The notes beneath the pieces were generated by a model. The model ran no database searches. It saw only the letters and a program-made list of their open reading frames with translations, and had not been told where the DNA came from. The position numbers and the translations under genes were made by a program. Below, piece by piece: positions 38,129-46,333 of a stretch of DNA of 64,000 nt; position 1 is the stretch's first letter, and the number at the start of each line of letters is the position of its first letter. This DNA comes from a candidate division WWE3 bacterium RIFCSPHIGHO2_01_FULL_40_23 (GTDB lineage: Bacteria; Patescibacteriota; WWE3; UBA101185; 2-01-FULL-41-18). The DNA lies in contig MEUZ01000003.1 of the NCBI GenBank assembly GCA_001772615.1, positions 350,433 to 414,432 of the forward strand, in the 5' to 3' direction.

Positions 38129-38820
38129 ACTGCGATCTTTTCTATAATTAGCGGTATGGCAAGATCGGCTTCCATCTTCCCGCTTTTAAGATTAAGATCC
38201 GTCTCGTAAAAAAGACGGTAAAGCTTTCTCACGTCTTCTTTAGAAAACTTTCCTGCTTGGGATTTTACTTTACTCTTAACAAAGGGATGAAGTTTTTCAA
38301 AAGCTTTTGATTCAAAGAGACAAAAAGCCAAATTTCTGATGGCATAAACACACATCCCCAAAATCTCAAACTCATCATCTCCCTTTTCAAGAAGGACATT
38401 AAGCTCTTTATAAGCCTCTCGTTTATTCTTCCCCATTAGAGAATCAAGAAAATTAAAAACATTTACTTTTATCTCTTTCTTAAACTCTTTTACATTAAAT
38501 TTAAACTTTGAAGCCTCTTTAATAAGGTAATGGGTTTTAGGAAGCGTACTCATTGAATAAAAAATCAGATCATTTCCGGATTTTTTATCAGTTAAAAGGC
38601 CAAAAAGGCCCGGGAAGTCAAAAGCTTTATCCTTAGTTACATCAACCGAGACTACAGACTTCTGTCCGAAAATATCCATAGTCAGGTATCGTGAGGCAAT
38701 TTCGGACGGCGCCAAGTCAGTAGACTTTAAGTCGGTCAATGAAGCACCGCCTGAATTTTTAATATCCAAAATGCTCTGTCTTAAAAGAACAGGGTCGTCT
38801 CCATGGAAAACGTAAATCAT
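38125..38820 (-). CDS. holA: DNA polymerase III delta subunit (short)
   Basis: MIYVFHGDD, VF...D.L, LHPFV..K, D..LKSG. Confidence 0.75.
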   Translation of the reverse strand: MIYVFHGDDPVLLRQSILDIKNSGGASLTDLKSTDLAPSEIASRYLTMDIFGQKSVVSVDVTKDKAFDFPGLFGLLTDKKSGNDLIFYSMSTLPKTHYLIKEASKFKFNVKEFKKEIKVNVFNFLDSLMGKNKREAYKELNVLLEKGDDEFEILGMCVYAIRNLAFCLFESKAFEKLHPFVKSKVKSQAGKFSKEDVRKLYRLFYETDLNLKSGKMEADLAIPLIIEKIAV

Positions 38821-39884
38821 TAATCTCCGAATAAAAATTTAGAAACGTAAGCATGTATCTGCGAATAGTTTCCCGCTTTTGGTATTAGTACATACGCACC
38901 TCCGTAAAGCGTTGTGTCCTCGGGAGCGTATAATAAACCGCCTTCATCTTGCGAGCTTCTGTCATCAAGCACAATGGATTTGATTTCGGAAAAACCGACA
39001 CTCCTTGCAATATCATAAAGTCCTTGAACTTCAGAAAGCTTTAAATCAGTCTCCACATAAGTATTGTATGTGTCATATAATTCTTTGATTTTAACGGGAT
39101 TTGAGAGAGTTTCCAAAGAGAGCACCTTGTCTCTTATTGCAAGAATGACCTTCTGCTGTCTTTTGGCTCTTGCAAAATCAGTGCCTTCATCATTACCACC
39201 CTTTCTTGATCTTGAAAAGATAAGAGCTGTTTCCGAATCCATCCTCTGAAGACCCGCGTCAAAATGCACATGCTTATATCTACTTTCCTCCGGAAGCGCA
39301 TCCTCCATTCCCTCAATGGGATAAAAGTAATCATCAAAAGAGCGATCAACATTTACGTCAATTCCGCCAAGTATGTCAACCATCTTTTTAAAAGCATTAA
39401 AATCGATGACCGCATAATAATGAATTGGGACGCCAAGAATACCTCCCACAAGCTCGTCCATATCGGACACACCATTTACGGCATAAACGGCGTTAAGCTT
39501 TAGGTAACCTCCGTTTGGAGAATTAACAATAAGATCGCGCGGAAGAGAAATCATAACAATATCTTTTGAAGCTCTTCCAACCGAGGCCACAAGTATCGTA
39601 TCCGTCAGGCCCCCATCTGCCACCCCCTGCCTTCTGTCAAGACCTAAAATCAACACGTTTGTTCTCCCGTCAGTTTCCTTTAGTTCCCTTGGGGAAACAA
39701 AACTTGAAACTAAGGAAACAGAACTTAAAAGAGCGGAGAAACCCTCGCGGTTAAATACAACAAAAACTGCTAAAAGAACAAAGACAAAAAGCAAAACCAA
39801 AAAAGGCTTTAAAAAAGAACCTTTCTTATTCTCCTCTTTGTTTTTTTCCTGCAGATTTACCGCGCCGAGATCTATATACCTCAT
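38820..39884 (-). CDS. LytR-CpsA-Psr (LCP) family protein
   Basis: NVLILGLD, LTDTI, SLPRD, DF.R.KRQQ. Confidence 0.92.
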   Translation of the reverse strand: MRYIDLGAVNLQEKNKEENKKGSFLKPFLVLLFVFVLLAVFVVFNREGFSALLSSVSLVSSFVSPRELKETDGRTNVLILGLDRRQGVADGGLTDTILVASVGRASKDIVMISLPRDLIVNSPNGGYLKLNAVYAVNGVSDMDELVGGILGVPIHYYAVIDFNAFKKMVDILGGIDVNVDRSFDDYFYPIEGMEDALPEESRYKHVHFDAGLQRMDSETALIFSRSRKGGNDEGTDFARAKRQQKVILAIRDKVLSLETLSNPVKIKELYDTYNTYVETDLKLSEVQGLYDIARSVGFSEIKSIVLDDRSSQDEGGLLYAPEDTTLYGGAYVLIPKAGNYSQIHAYVSKFLFGD

Positions 39885-39933
39885 AAGAACACAAATAATT
39901 AAATATAAACTTTTTTATACTAATCCTTTTTCC

Positions 39934-40608
39934 TCACAAAGATTTTACTATTGAATTATGAAGAAAAACAAAAGAATCGGGGGAAAGACTTGCCTGCCCG
40001 ACCAAAAACCCCGTAAGGCCGAAATCTTTATCAAGTAGCTGATCTATATTTTTTTCATTTACTGAACCTCCGTACAAAAGATCCCTGCTTCCTATAACTT
40101 CTCTTATTTTACTTATGGCTTCGGCCACTGCATCAGGGGGTGTTTCTTTATAACTTTCACCTGAAATATTCAGTGGATCCTCCCATACCAAAACTATCCT
40201 TTCATCAAAATCTTTCCTGAAATCTCTTGGAGACCTTAGGCAAAGTATTGGCATAACTCCTAAAGAAAGGCAGTTTTCAACTTTAAGCAAAACTTTATCA
40301 AAACTCTCCCTGCGCTCGCTATGCCCAACAATAGAATATCTGCAAAAATCTTTGACTTGAAACGCAGAGACCTCCCCCGTATGTGCACCTCCGGGGAATT
40401 CGGACACATCCTGCGCAGAGACGAATACGTTTGAGAGACCATATTTTTCAATTAAATTAAATACATCTGAAAGATAAGCAAGCGAAGGCGATATCGCAAC
40501 ATTAACATTGTCATTAGCCTTGTATTTACCGGCAAAGGAGTCAAACCAGGATTTAATTTCACTTAAATTTTTATTCTGTTTCCAGTTTGCTATCAGAAGC
40601 TTTTTCAT
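39934..40608 (-). CDS. tpiA: Triosephosphate isomerase (divergent)
   Basis: ANWKQN, AQDVS, GAHTGEVS, VGHSERR, LYGGSV; WEDP where YEP is usual. Confidence 0.9.
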   Translation of the reverse strand: MKKLLIANWKQNKNLSEIKSWFDSFAGKYKANDNVNVAISPSLAYLSDVFNLIEKYGLSNVFVSAQDVSEFPGGAHTGEVSAFQVKDFCRYSIVGHSERRESFDKVLLKVENCLSLGVMPILCLRSPRDFRKDFDERIVLVWEDPLNISGESYKETPPDAVAEAISKIREVIGSRDLLYGGSVNEKNIDQLLDKDFGLTGFLVGQASLSPDSFVFLHNSIVKSL

Positions 40609-41449
40609 AAATCTTATTAATGTTTGTGTATACAAGATCCGGAAGAGCTTCCAGATCTTCATGCACATAATCGTATCCAAGAGAATTTAAACATGCAAAT
40701 GCGAGAGGAATACTGCTGTAGATTGACTCCGAAAACACACACGAGACCAGCGAGTGAATAAAAACGTTTCCTCCGTTTTCTCCAAGATTTGAACGTGCAC
40801 ACCCCATAGGACATCCCGAACAGGAAGGATTACTACCAGCTTCAATAAGCATTTCGCCAACCTTCCCAAGCATCTCATTATACTGCCTGTCATATCTTTC
40901 CCGATTTTCAATCTGAAAACCGGACGTCGCCGAAACGACAATACCTTTAATACCAGCTTCTCCCAGCTTCTTAGAAAGCCTCTGATCACCAAATGCAAAA
41001 TACCCATCAATCAAAACCGATCCATCTAAAACCTCCACTCCGCACCGTCTTCCTGGAATACCAAGAGATTCCACAGCTGTATCCGCGGGAACCAAAACGG
41101 CGCCAGAGCCGTCAAGAACAAGAACACAAGGTTCCCTTGCCTTTTTTTCCAGTATAAAGGCGTCAACACCGGTATATTTAAGCCTTGTTGAAAGCCTGCC
41201 CCCTCCATAAGTATCCACAAACTTGCCTTCATCTAAAAAAGCCACACAGGTTTTTGATGCATAAGGGAAAAATCCATTTAAAGGACCTATGGAAAAGACA
41301 ATAGGATCCAGATTCTGATAATCAAGTACGAGTTTTGAGGCTGTCCCCACGCCACCAACATATGCTCTTAAATCAGGGTATGACTTCTTTGCCGATTCCC
41401 CCTTTTCCAAATCTACATGAACTACTGTAATACTATCCTCTCTAGACAT
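40571..41449 (-). CDS. Truncated aldehyde:ferredoxin oxidoreductase (AOR)-family protein
   Basis: YVGGVG.A, IVFSIGPLNG, SKT, GG.....LK.TG.DA, GIKGIVV, CSGCPMGC; about 292 aa. Confidence 0.7.
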   Translation of the reverse strand: MSREDSITVVHVDLEKGESAKKSYPDLRAYVGGVGTASKLVLDYQNLDPIVFSIGPLNGFFPYASKTCVAFLDEGKFVDTYGGGRLSTRLKYTGVDAFILEKKAREPCVLVLDGSGAVLVPADTAVESLGIPGRRCGVEVLDGSVLIDGYFAFGDQRLSKKLGEAGIKGIVVSATSGFQIENRERYDRQYNEMLGKVGEMLIEAGSNPSCSGCPMGCARSNLGENGGNVFIHSLVSCVFSESIYSSIPLAFACLNSLGYDYVHEDLEALPDLVYTNINKIYEKASDSKLETE

Positions 41450-41717
41450 CTTCCTCCGCTTTAAACTCAAGCCCCTCTTCCTGGCCACCTTCCTCAACAC
41501 TAAAACATCCCTTGGGGCAGATCTCCGAAATTTTATTTACATCAAGATCATTTACCGACGGATCAAGATGAATATCATACCCTTTTTTTCCTCCCATAAT
41601 CCTTATCGGAGAGCCTTCAAAAGAAGCTTTTCCAACCTGTCTCTGCGCCGCCAAAACGCAAAGCTCACATCCGATACATTTTTCGGGAAAGGAAACCTTT
41701 AGTATTTTTTTATTCAT
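41442..41717 (-). CDS. 4Fe-4S ferredoxin-like protein
   Basis: CIGCELC plus C-terminal CP. Confidence 0.8.
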   Translation of the reverse strand: MNKKILKVSFPEKCIGCELCVLAAQRQVGKASFEGSPIRIMGGKKGYDIHLDPSVNDLDVNKISEICPKGCFSVEEGGQEEGLEFKAEEDV

Positions 41718-42747
41718 AAAAATTAAGGGCTAAAAGGCCTGGAAGCTTGTTTCCTGAAATATACTCAAGCATTGCCCCGCCGCCCATCGAAACAAAGCTC
41801 ATTTTATCTGTAATTTTAAGTTTATTCAAAGCCTCTATTGTATCGCCTCCTCCAACAAGACTAAACGCCTTGCTGTTAATAATCGCCTCCGCTATTTCCT
41901 TTGTACCTGATAAATAAGCGTCATCTTCTATTTTCCCCATAGGCCCGTTCCAAATAACAGTTTTTGCGGTATCAATTACATTGCTAAACATTTTAACTGT
42001 TTTAGGACCTATGTCCTCTTTGTCCCCAAGATAATCAATGGGAACAAGGATTTTGTAATTATTGTCAGTTTCATAGTTAATTCCAAGCCTTCCACCAAGA
42101 AGGACAAAGTCCGAAATCTTTAAAAATTTTGAGATAACGGGAAGCTTGGTTTCAAGCTTAATGCCTCCAAAAACCGCAACAAGTGGAGTTTCATAATTTG
42201 AGATAACTTTATTTATATTTTCAATTTCCCTTTCAAGCCTAAAGCCAGAGTAAGCATCTAAAAATTTCGGAACCTGTGAGATTGAAGCGTGCTCCCTGTG
42301 AGAAGTTGCAAAACACTCATTTACGTAAAGGTCCCCAAAGGAAGCTATGTCCTTGGCAAAGTTCTCATCATTTTTTTCCTCCCTTGGATCAAACCTTAAA
42401 TTCTCAAGAAGAAGAATGGTCCCGTCTTCCATCACTTTTAAAGTCTGATATAACTCTGTGCCTAAAGCTACATTTAGTTTTATAACGTCGTAACCTAAAG
42501 AAGTAAGGTACTCGGCAATAGGTGTAAGCCTTAACTCTTCTACAATTTTCCCTTCGGGCCTCCCAAGATGCCCCATCAAGATAACCTTCACGTTTCTTAA
42601 GACAAGGTAGTCAAGCGTCTCTCTCATTGCCTCAAGTCTTGAAGGATCGGTAATTACCCCATCTTGCACAGGCACATCAAGATCTCCTCGTACTAAAACG
42701 CGCTTTCCCTGAAGAAGAATTTTATTGAGCTTGTTTAGAGAGTCCAT
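41710..42747 (-). CDS. pgk: Phosphoglycerate kinase
   Basis: VR.D.DVP, HLGRP, LLENLRF, DIGPKT, WNGPMG, GGGDT, GGGAMLE. Confidence 0.96.
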   Translation of the reverse strand: MDSLNKLNKILLQGKRVLVRGDLDVPVQDGVITDPSRLEAMRETLDYLVLRNVKVILMGHLGRPEGKIVEELRLTPIAEYLTSLGYDVIKLNVALGTELYQTLKVMEDGTILLLENLRFDPREEKNDENFAKDIASFGDLYVNECFATSHREHASISQVPKFLDAYSGFRLEREIENINKVISNYETPLVAVFGGIKLETKLPVISKFLKISDFVLLGGRLGINYETDNNYKILVPIDYLGDKEDIGPKTVKMFSNVIDTAKTVIWNGPMGKIEDDAYLSGTKEIAEAIINSKAFSLVGGGDTIEALNKLKITDKMSFVSMGGGAMLEYISGNKLPGLLALNFYE

Positions 42748-42846
42748 AGCAGGATAAATTCCTTTAAAACTGTGCCTTTAATTATAGTCCAAACCTTGAC
42801 CAAGTACATAAACCTATAGTGCAAATGAGAATTCCTTAACTGTAGG

Positions 42847-42885
42847 TTGACCCACTATCCAATCAATATTACAATATATATTGTA
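42847..42885 (+). promoter_or_regulatory. Sigma70 promoter with a palindrome over the -10
   Basis: TTGACC-17-TACAAT; perfect 16-bp palindrome TACAATATATATTGTA at 42870-42885. Confidence 0.55.
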
Positions 42886-42930
42886 CATACAGCTTCTACC
42901 AAATCAACAACCCCCAATAAATGCACCTAG

Positions 42931-43264
42931 ATGGTTTATGAAATTGATCAATCGGGAAAAATTGAGGACACTTCGAAGGATACTGTCCTTTGCATATCAA
43001 ATGGCTATTACTTATCAGTTAAATTAAAGGCGAAGACTAAAAGGCAGTTACAGAAAATATTTAGAAAAAACGGCCAAACTAGAAATTAAGAACGAATGCG
43101 ACCCGGATATTCATTTTAACTCAATAGGTAAGAAGTCAAGAGCACACCTGCGAGCTAAGGAAGTAGCAAAAGGAAAAATTAAACCTAAAAAAATTGTAAG
43201 CCTTAAGGATATTTTAAGAGAGCTTAATGTGACCGAGGTCGGTAAACGACTTGCGAATGCTTAA
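42931..43264 (+). pseudogene. Internally deleted/frameshifted RNase H-fold gene (DUF3800-like, EIDQSGK)
   Basis: First frame: MVYEIDQSGKIEDTSKDTVLCISNG...RN* (42931-43089); second frame continues ...IHFNSIGKKSRAHLRA...TEVGKRLANA* (to 43264). Confidence 0.65.
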
Positions 43265-43327
43265 GCCAGAGCTGATTTTGCAACAAGTGCAAACTACACC
43301 TTCTGTGGGTCGGCATCCACTCGGTCA
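43230..43327 (+). ncRNA. Structured RNA overlapping the 3' end of the DUF3800-like pseudogene
   Basis: Closing stem TGACCGAG/CTCGGTCA, inner GTCG/CGAC, ATGC/GCAT, CAGAG/TTCTG, TTTGCA/TGCAAA. Confidence 0.6.
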
Positions 43328-43358
43328 AGAAACAATATAGCAATATCCGTTGCTTCAG

Positions 43359-44444
43359 TCAAGACTTGACAACTTCGCTAACCATTTCAACAAGCCTGTT
43401 GGAGTAGCCCCATTCGTTGTCATACCAAGCAACAACTTTAAGAAGATCCCCGTCAATAACTTTAGTTAAAGACAAATCAACAATTGCCGAATATGGTGAG
43501 CCTATAACATCCGATGACACAAACGGCTCATAAGTTGCATCAATTACGTTTTTATACAGGGGATTTTTCTTAGCTTCCAAAAACGCTTCATTTACTTCCT
43601 CAACCGTCACTTCCCTTTTAACAAGCATTGTGAAATCCGATAAAGAACCGGTCATGACGGGAGCCCTAACTGAAAGCCCGTCAAACAAACCTTTCAGCTC
43701 CGGAATAACTTCAGTAGTAGAAACCGCGGCACCGGTTGTTGTTGGAACCAGATTAAATCCCGCTGCTCTTGCTCTTCTTAAATCATGGTGTAGAGGGGGC
43801 GGAGGCCCGTCCACAATCATCTGCTCTGCGGTAATAGCGTGAATTGTAGTCATGGAAGCTTTTAAAATCCCAAACTTTGAGTGAATTATTCCCGCAACCG
43901 GTGAAATGCAGTTTGTGGTGCAGGAAGCGTTTGATACAACTTCCTCGCCCAGGTATTTGTCAGAATTTACTCCAAGAAGATAAGTCTGAACTGAACCGCC
44001 CTTGGCGGGAGCCGAGATTATAACCTTTTTAGCACCGGCCTTAACATGTACCGCGGCATCATTATTGTTTGTATATCTTCCGGTGCACTCAAGCACAACA
44101 TCAATACTTAAATTTTTCCATGGAAGAAGCGCGGGATCCTTCTGCGATAAAACCAGAGTTTTTTTACCGTTAACTAAAAGGTGCGCCTCACCTCCTGAAG
44201 CAGCCTCAAAATGCTTTTTCTCGGGAGTGTTTCCTTCAACGTGGAATGTACTTCCTCCCTCTTCAACTTTCACTTCTTTATCATAAATGCCATAAACCGT
44301 GTCATATTTTAAAAGATGAGCTAAAACTTTGGCATCTGTAAGATCATTAACCGCTACAATTTCTATATCGGGTTTATCAAAGGCAATTTTAAAGGCGGCC
44401 CGGCCGATTCTGCCAAAGCCGTTAATAGCTACTCTTATGGGCAT
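43359..44444 (-). CDS. gap: Glyceraldehyde-3-phosphate dehydrogenase type I
   Basis: AINGFGRIGR, SNASCTTNC, PTTTGAA, WYDNEWGYS. Confidence 0.97.
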   Translation of the reverse strand: MPIRVAINGFGRIGRAAFKIAFDKPDIEIVAVNDLTDAKVLAHLLKYDTVYGIYDKEVKVEEGGSTFHVEGNTPEKKHFEAASGGEAHLLVNGKKTLVLSQKDPALLPWKNLSIDVVLECTGRYTNNNDAAVHVKAGAKKVIISAPAKGGSVQTYLLGVNSDKYLGEEVVSNASCTTNCISPVAGIIHSKFGILKASMTTIHAITAEQMIVDGPPPPLHHDLRRARAAGFNLVPTTTGAAVSTTEVIPELKGLFDGLSVRAPVMTGSLSDFTMLVKREVTVEEVNEAFLEAKKNPLYKNVIDATYEPFVSSDVIGSPYSAIVDLSLTKVIDGDLLKVVAWYDNEWGYSNRLVEMVSEVVKS

Positions 44445-44475
44445 AGGTATTTTTCCCATCATCCAGGACCCAGCA

Positions 44476-44588
44476 TGTCATTCTGGCGAAAGCCAGAATC
44501 TAAAATGGTCATCGCGAGTCCACCAGCCGGCGGACGTGGCGATCTCTAGAGATTGCTATTCGAACTTCGTTCGAACGCTCGCAAAGAC
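44476..44588. repeat. Composite REP-like palindromic elements
   Basis: GTCATTCTGGCGAAAGCCAGAATC + GTCATCGCGAG..GTGGCGATCT + GAGATTGC..CTCGCAAAGAC. Confidence 0.75.
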
Positions 44589-44629
44589 AAGATGCGTATC
44601 AGGAGTCTGAACTCTTACCTTTCCACCAA

Positions 44630-44899
44630 CTATTTGGCAAGAACTGAATCCAGCCAGTTTTTAAACATATCTCTTGTCATCGCGCCAATCTTTCTGTCAA
44701 TCTCCTTCTCGTCTTTAAGAATTACATAAGTCGGGATACTCATAACACCGTACTTTCCAGCCGCTTCCCCATTTGTATCAACGTCAATTTTACTAAACTT
44801 GATTTTACCCGCGTAAAGCTTTTCCGCTTCTTCAATTATCGGCTTCATTGCATGACACGGCCCGCACCAATCTGCAAAAAAATCAATAAATTCAAACAT
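44630..44899 (-). CDS. trxA: Thioredoxin
   Basis: DFFADWCGPC, SIPT. Confidence 0.93.
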   Translation of the reverse strand: MFEFIDFFADWCGPCHAMKPIIEEAEKLYAGKIKFSKIDVDTNGEAAGKYGVMSIPTYVILKDEKEIDRKIGAMTRDMFKNWLDSVLAK

Positions 44900-44941
44900 A
44901 TTTTATTCCTCCTAGGTGTGTATGATAACATACAATTTACC

Positions 44942-45946
44942 ATGCATAACAGTTTTAAAATCCCGGCTTTGTTAACTGTGCTTGCCGCTATCATATTTTC
45001 CGTCCTTGCCACCTTTAAAATTTACAGAGAAGGGAAACTCCCAAACATACTTGCCAAAGCTTCAAAGGAAGAATCGGTACTCGCTAACACAAAGACAAAT
45101 AGTGACCTGTACAGAAAAACTTTAAGAAAATTTTACGTTTTGGATAAGGACCTTAAATTTAACGAACCGACCGAATCGGCTTACCCGATAGAAATAAAGG
45201 CCAACAATGCTCTTGTCCTTGATCTTTCAGAAGGAGAGATCCTTTTTGAAAAAGATCTGAAAGAAAGGGTTCCTATAGCTTCCCTGGTTAAAATAATGAC
45301 TACCATTATTGCCCTTGAGCACAAAGACACTGAAGATGAAATGACCGTAAGCGAAAAAGCCGGTTTGACAGGAGAAAACTCAATGGAGATCACCGCCGGT
45401 GAAACCTACACTTTAAGGGAGCTCCTTTACGGGTTAATCTTGCATTCAGGAAATGACGCGGCCGTAGCAATTGCAGAAAACACAGCCGAAAGTGAAGAAA
45501 ACTTTGTTGAATGGATGAACATTAAGGCGGGAGAGCTTGGGCTTTCAGATACAAAATTTTATGATGCAAGCGGTTTAAATGATAATAGCTACAGCACCGC
45601 GTATGATCTAGCCAAACTTACAAGATACGCAATGAAAAACCCCGACTTTAAAGAGGTAGTTAAAACTCTTGAATATGAAATCCTGCCGACTGAAAAACAC
45701 AAATATATTTACCTTTACAACCAGACAAACCTGTTAAGATCGTACCCGGGTGTTGAAGGTGTTAAAACCGGCTTTACCGAAGAGGCGGGGCTTTGCCTTG
45801 TGACATATGTAAAGTATGGGGATAAAGAGCTTATAGGAGTGGTTCTTGGAAGCTCCGACAGAAAATACGACATGGTTTTAATGCTTGACTACGCCTTTGA
45901 GAAGCTTGGGATTAAGGCAGACCACCCGCTTATTACGGTTCAATAG
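44942..45946 (+). CDS. dacA: D-alanyl-D-alanine carboxypeptidase (peptidase S11)
   Basis: IASLVKIMT (SxxK), SGNDAA, KTGFT. Confidence 0.9.
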   Translation: MHNSFKIPALLTVLAAIIFSVLATFKIYREGKLPNILAKASKEESVLANTKTNSDLYRKTLRKFYVLDKDLKFNEPTESAYPIEIKANNALVLDLSEGEILFEKDLKERVPIASLVKIMTTIIALEHKDTEDEMTVSEKAGLTGENSMEITAGETYTLRELLYGLILHSGNDAAVAIAENTAESEENFVEWMNIKAGELGLSDTKFYDASGLNDNSYSTAYDLAKLTRYAMKNPDFKEVVKTLEYEILPTEKHKYIYLYNQTNLLRSYPGVEGVKTGFTEEAGLCLVTYVKYGDKELIGVVLGSSDRKYDMVLMLDYAFEKLGIKADHPLITVQ

Positions 45947-46195
45947 CGGAAAAGAAATCGCTTGAAATAAGCGCCCAGCCCCATTTTTTACAAAACTCAC
46001 CCGCGGAGATGTAAGGAGCACTTTGGCAACGGCCTCGGCCCGCCTCAGAGCCAGAGATCTGCCCGGAAGCATATCCCACTTCCAAAGCCAGATAAGGGGC
46101 CTAAGCACCAGCTCGTAAAAGGCTCCGAAAGACAAGAACATCAAAGCCAAAATGCCAAGGGGGTTATAGAAAACCCCGAGAATTTGGTCAAACAT
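45878..46195 (-). CDS. Small orphan membrane protein (cassette-like; 3' end overlaps dacA)
   Basis: TTGCAC-18-TATAAT promoter, GAAGGAG SD, N-terminal TM. Confidence 0.55.
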   Translation of the reverse strand: MFDQILGVFYNPLGILALMFLSFGAFYELVLRPLIWLWKWDMLPGRSLALRRAEAVAKVLLTSPRVSFVKNGAGRLFQAISFPLLNRNKRVVCLNPKLLKGVVKH

Positions 46196-46333
46196 GGTTT
46201 CTCTCCTTCTGTTTGTTTGAGTGCCGGTTTTCAGAGATTATACCCTATAGTTATATACGCGTGCAAGTACCCCACTCCGCCGACAACTTTTAGGTGAGTC
46301 GAAAAGCCCAATTGTGCTAAACTTTTACACGCA

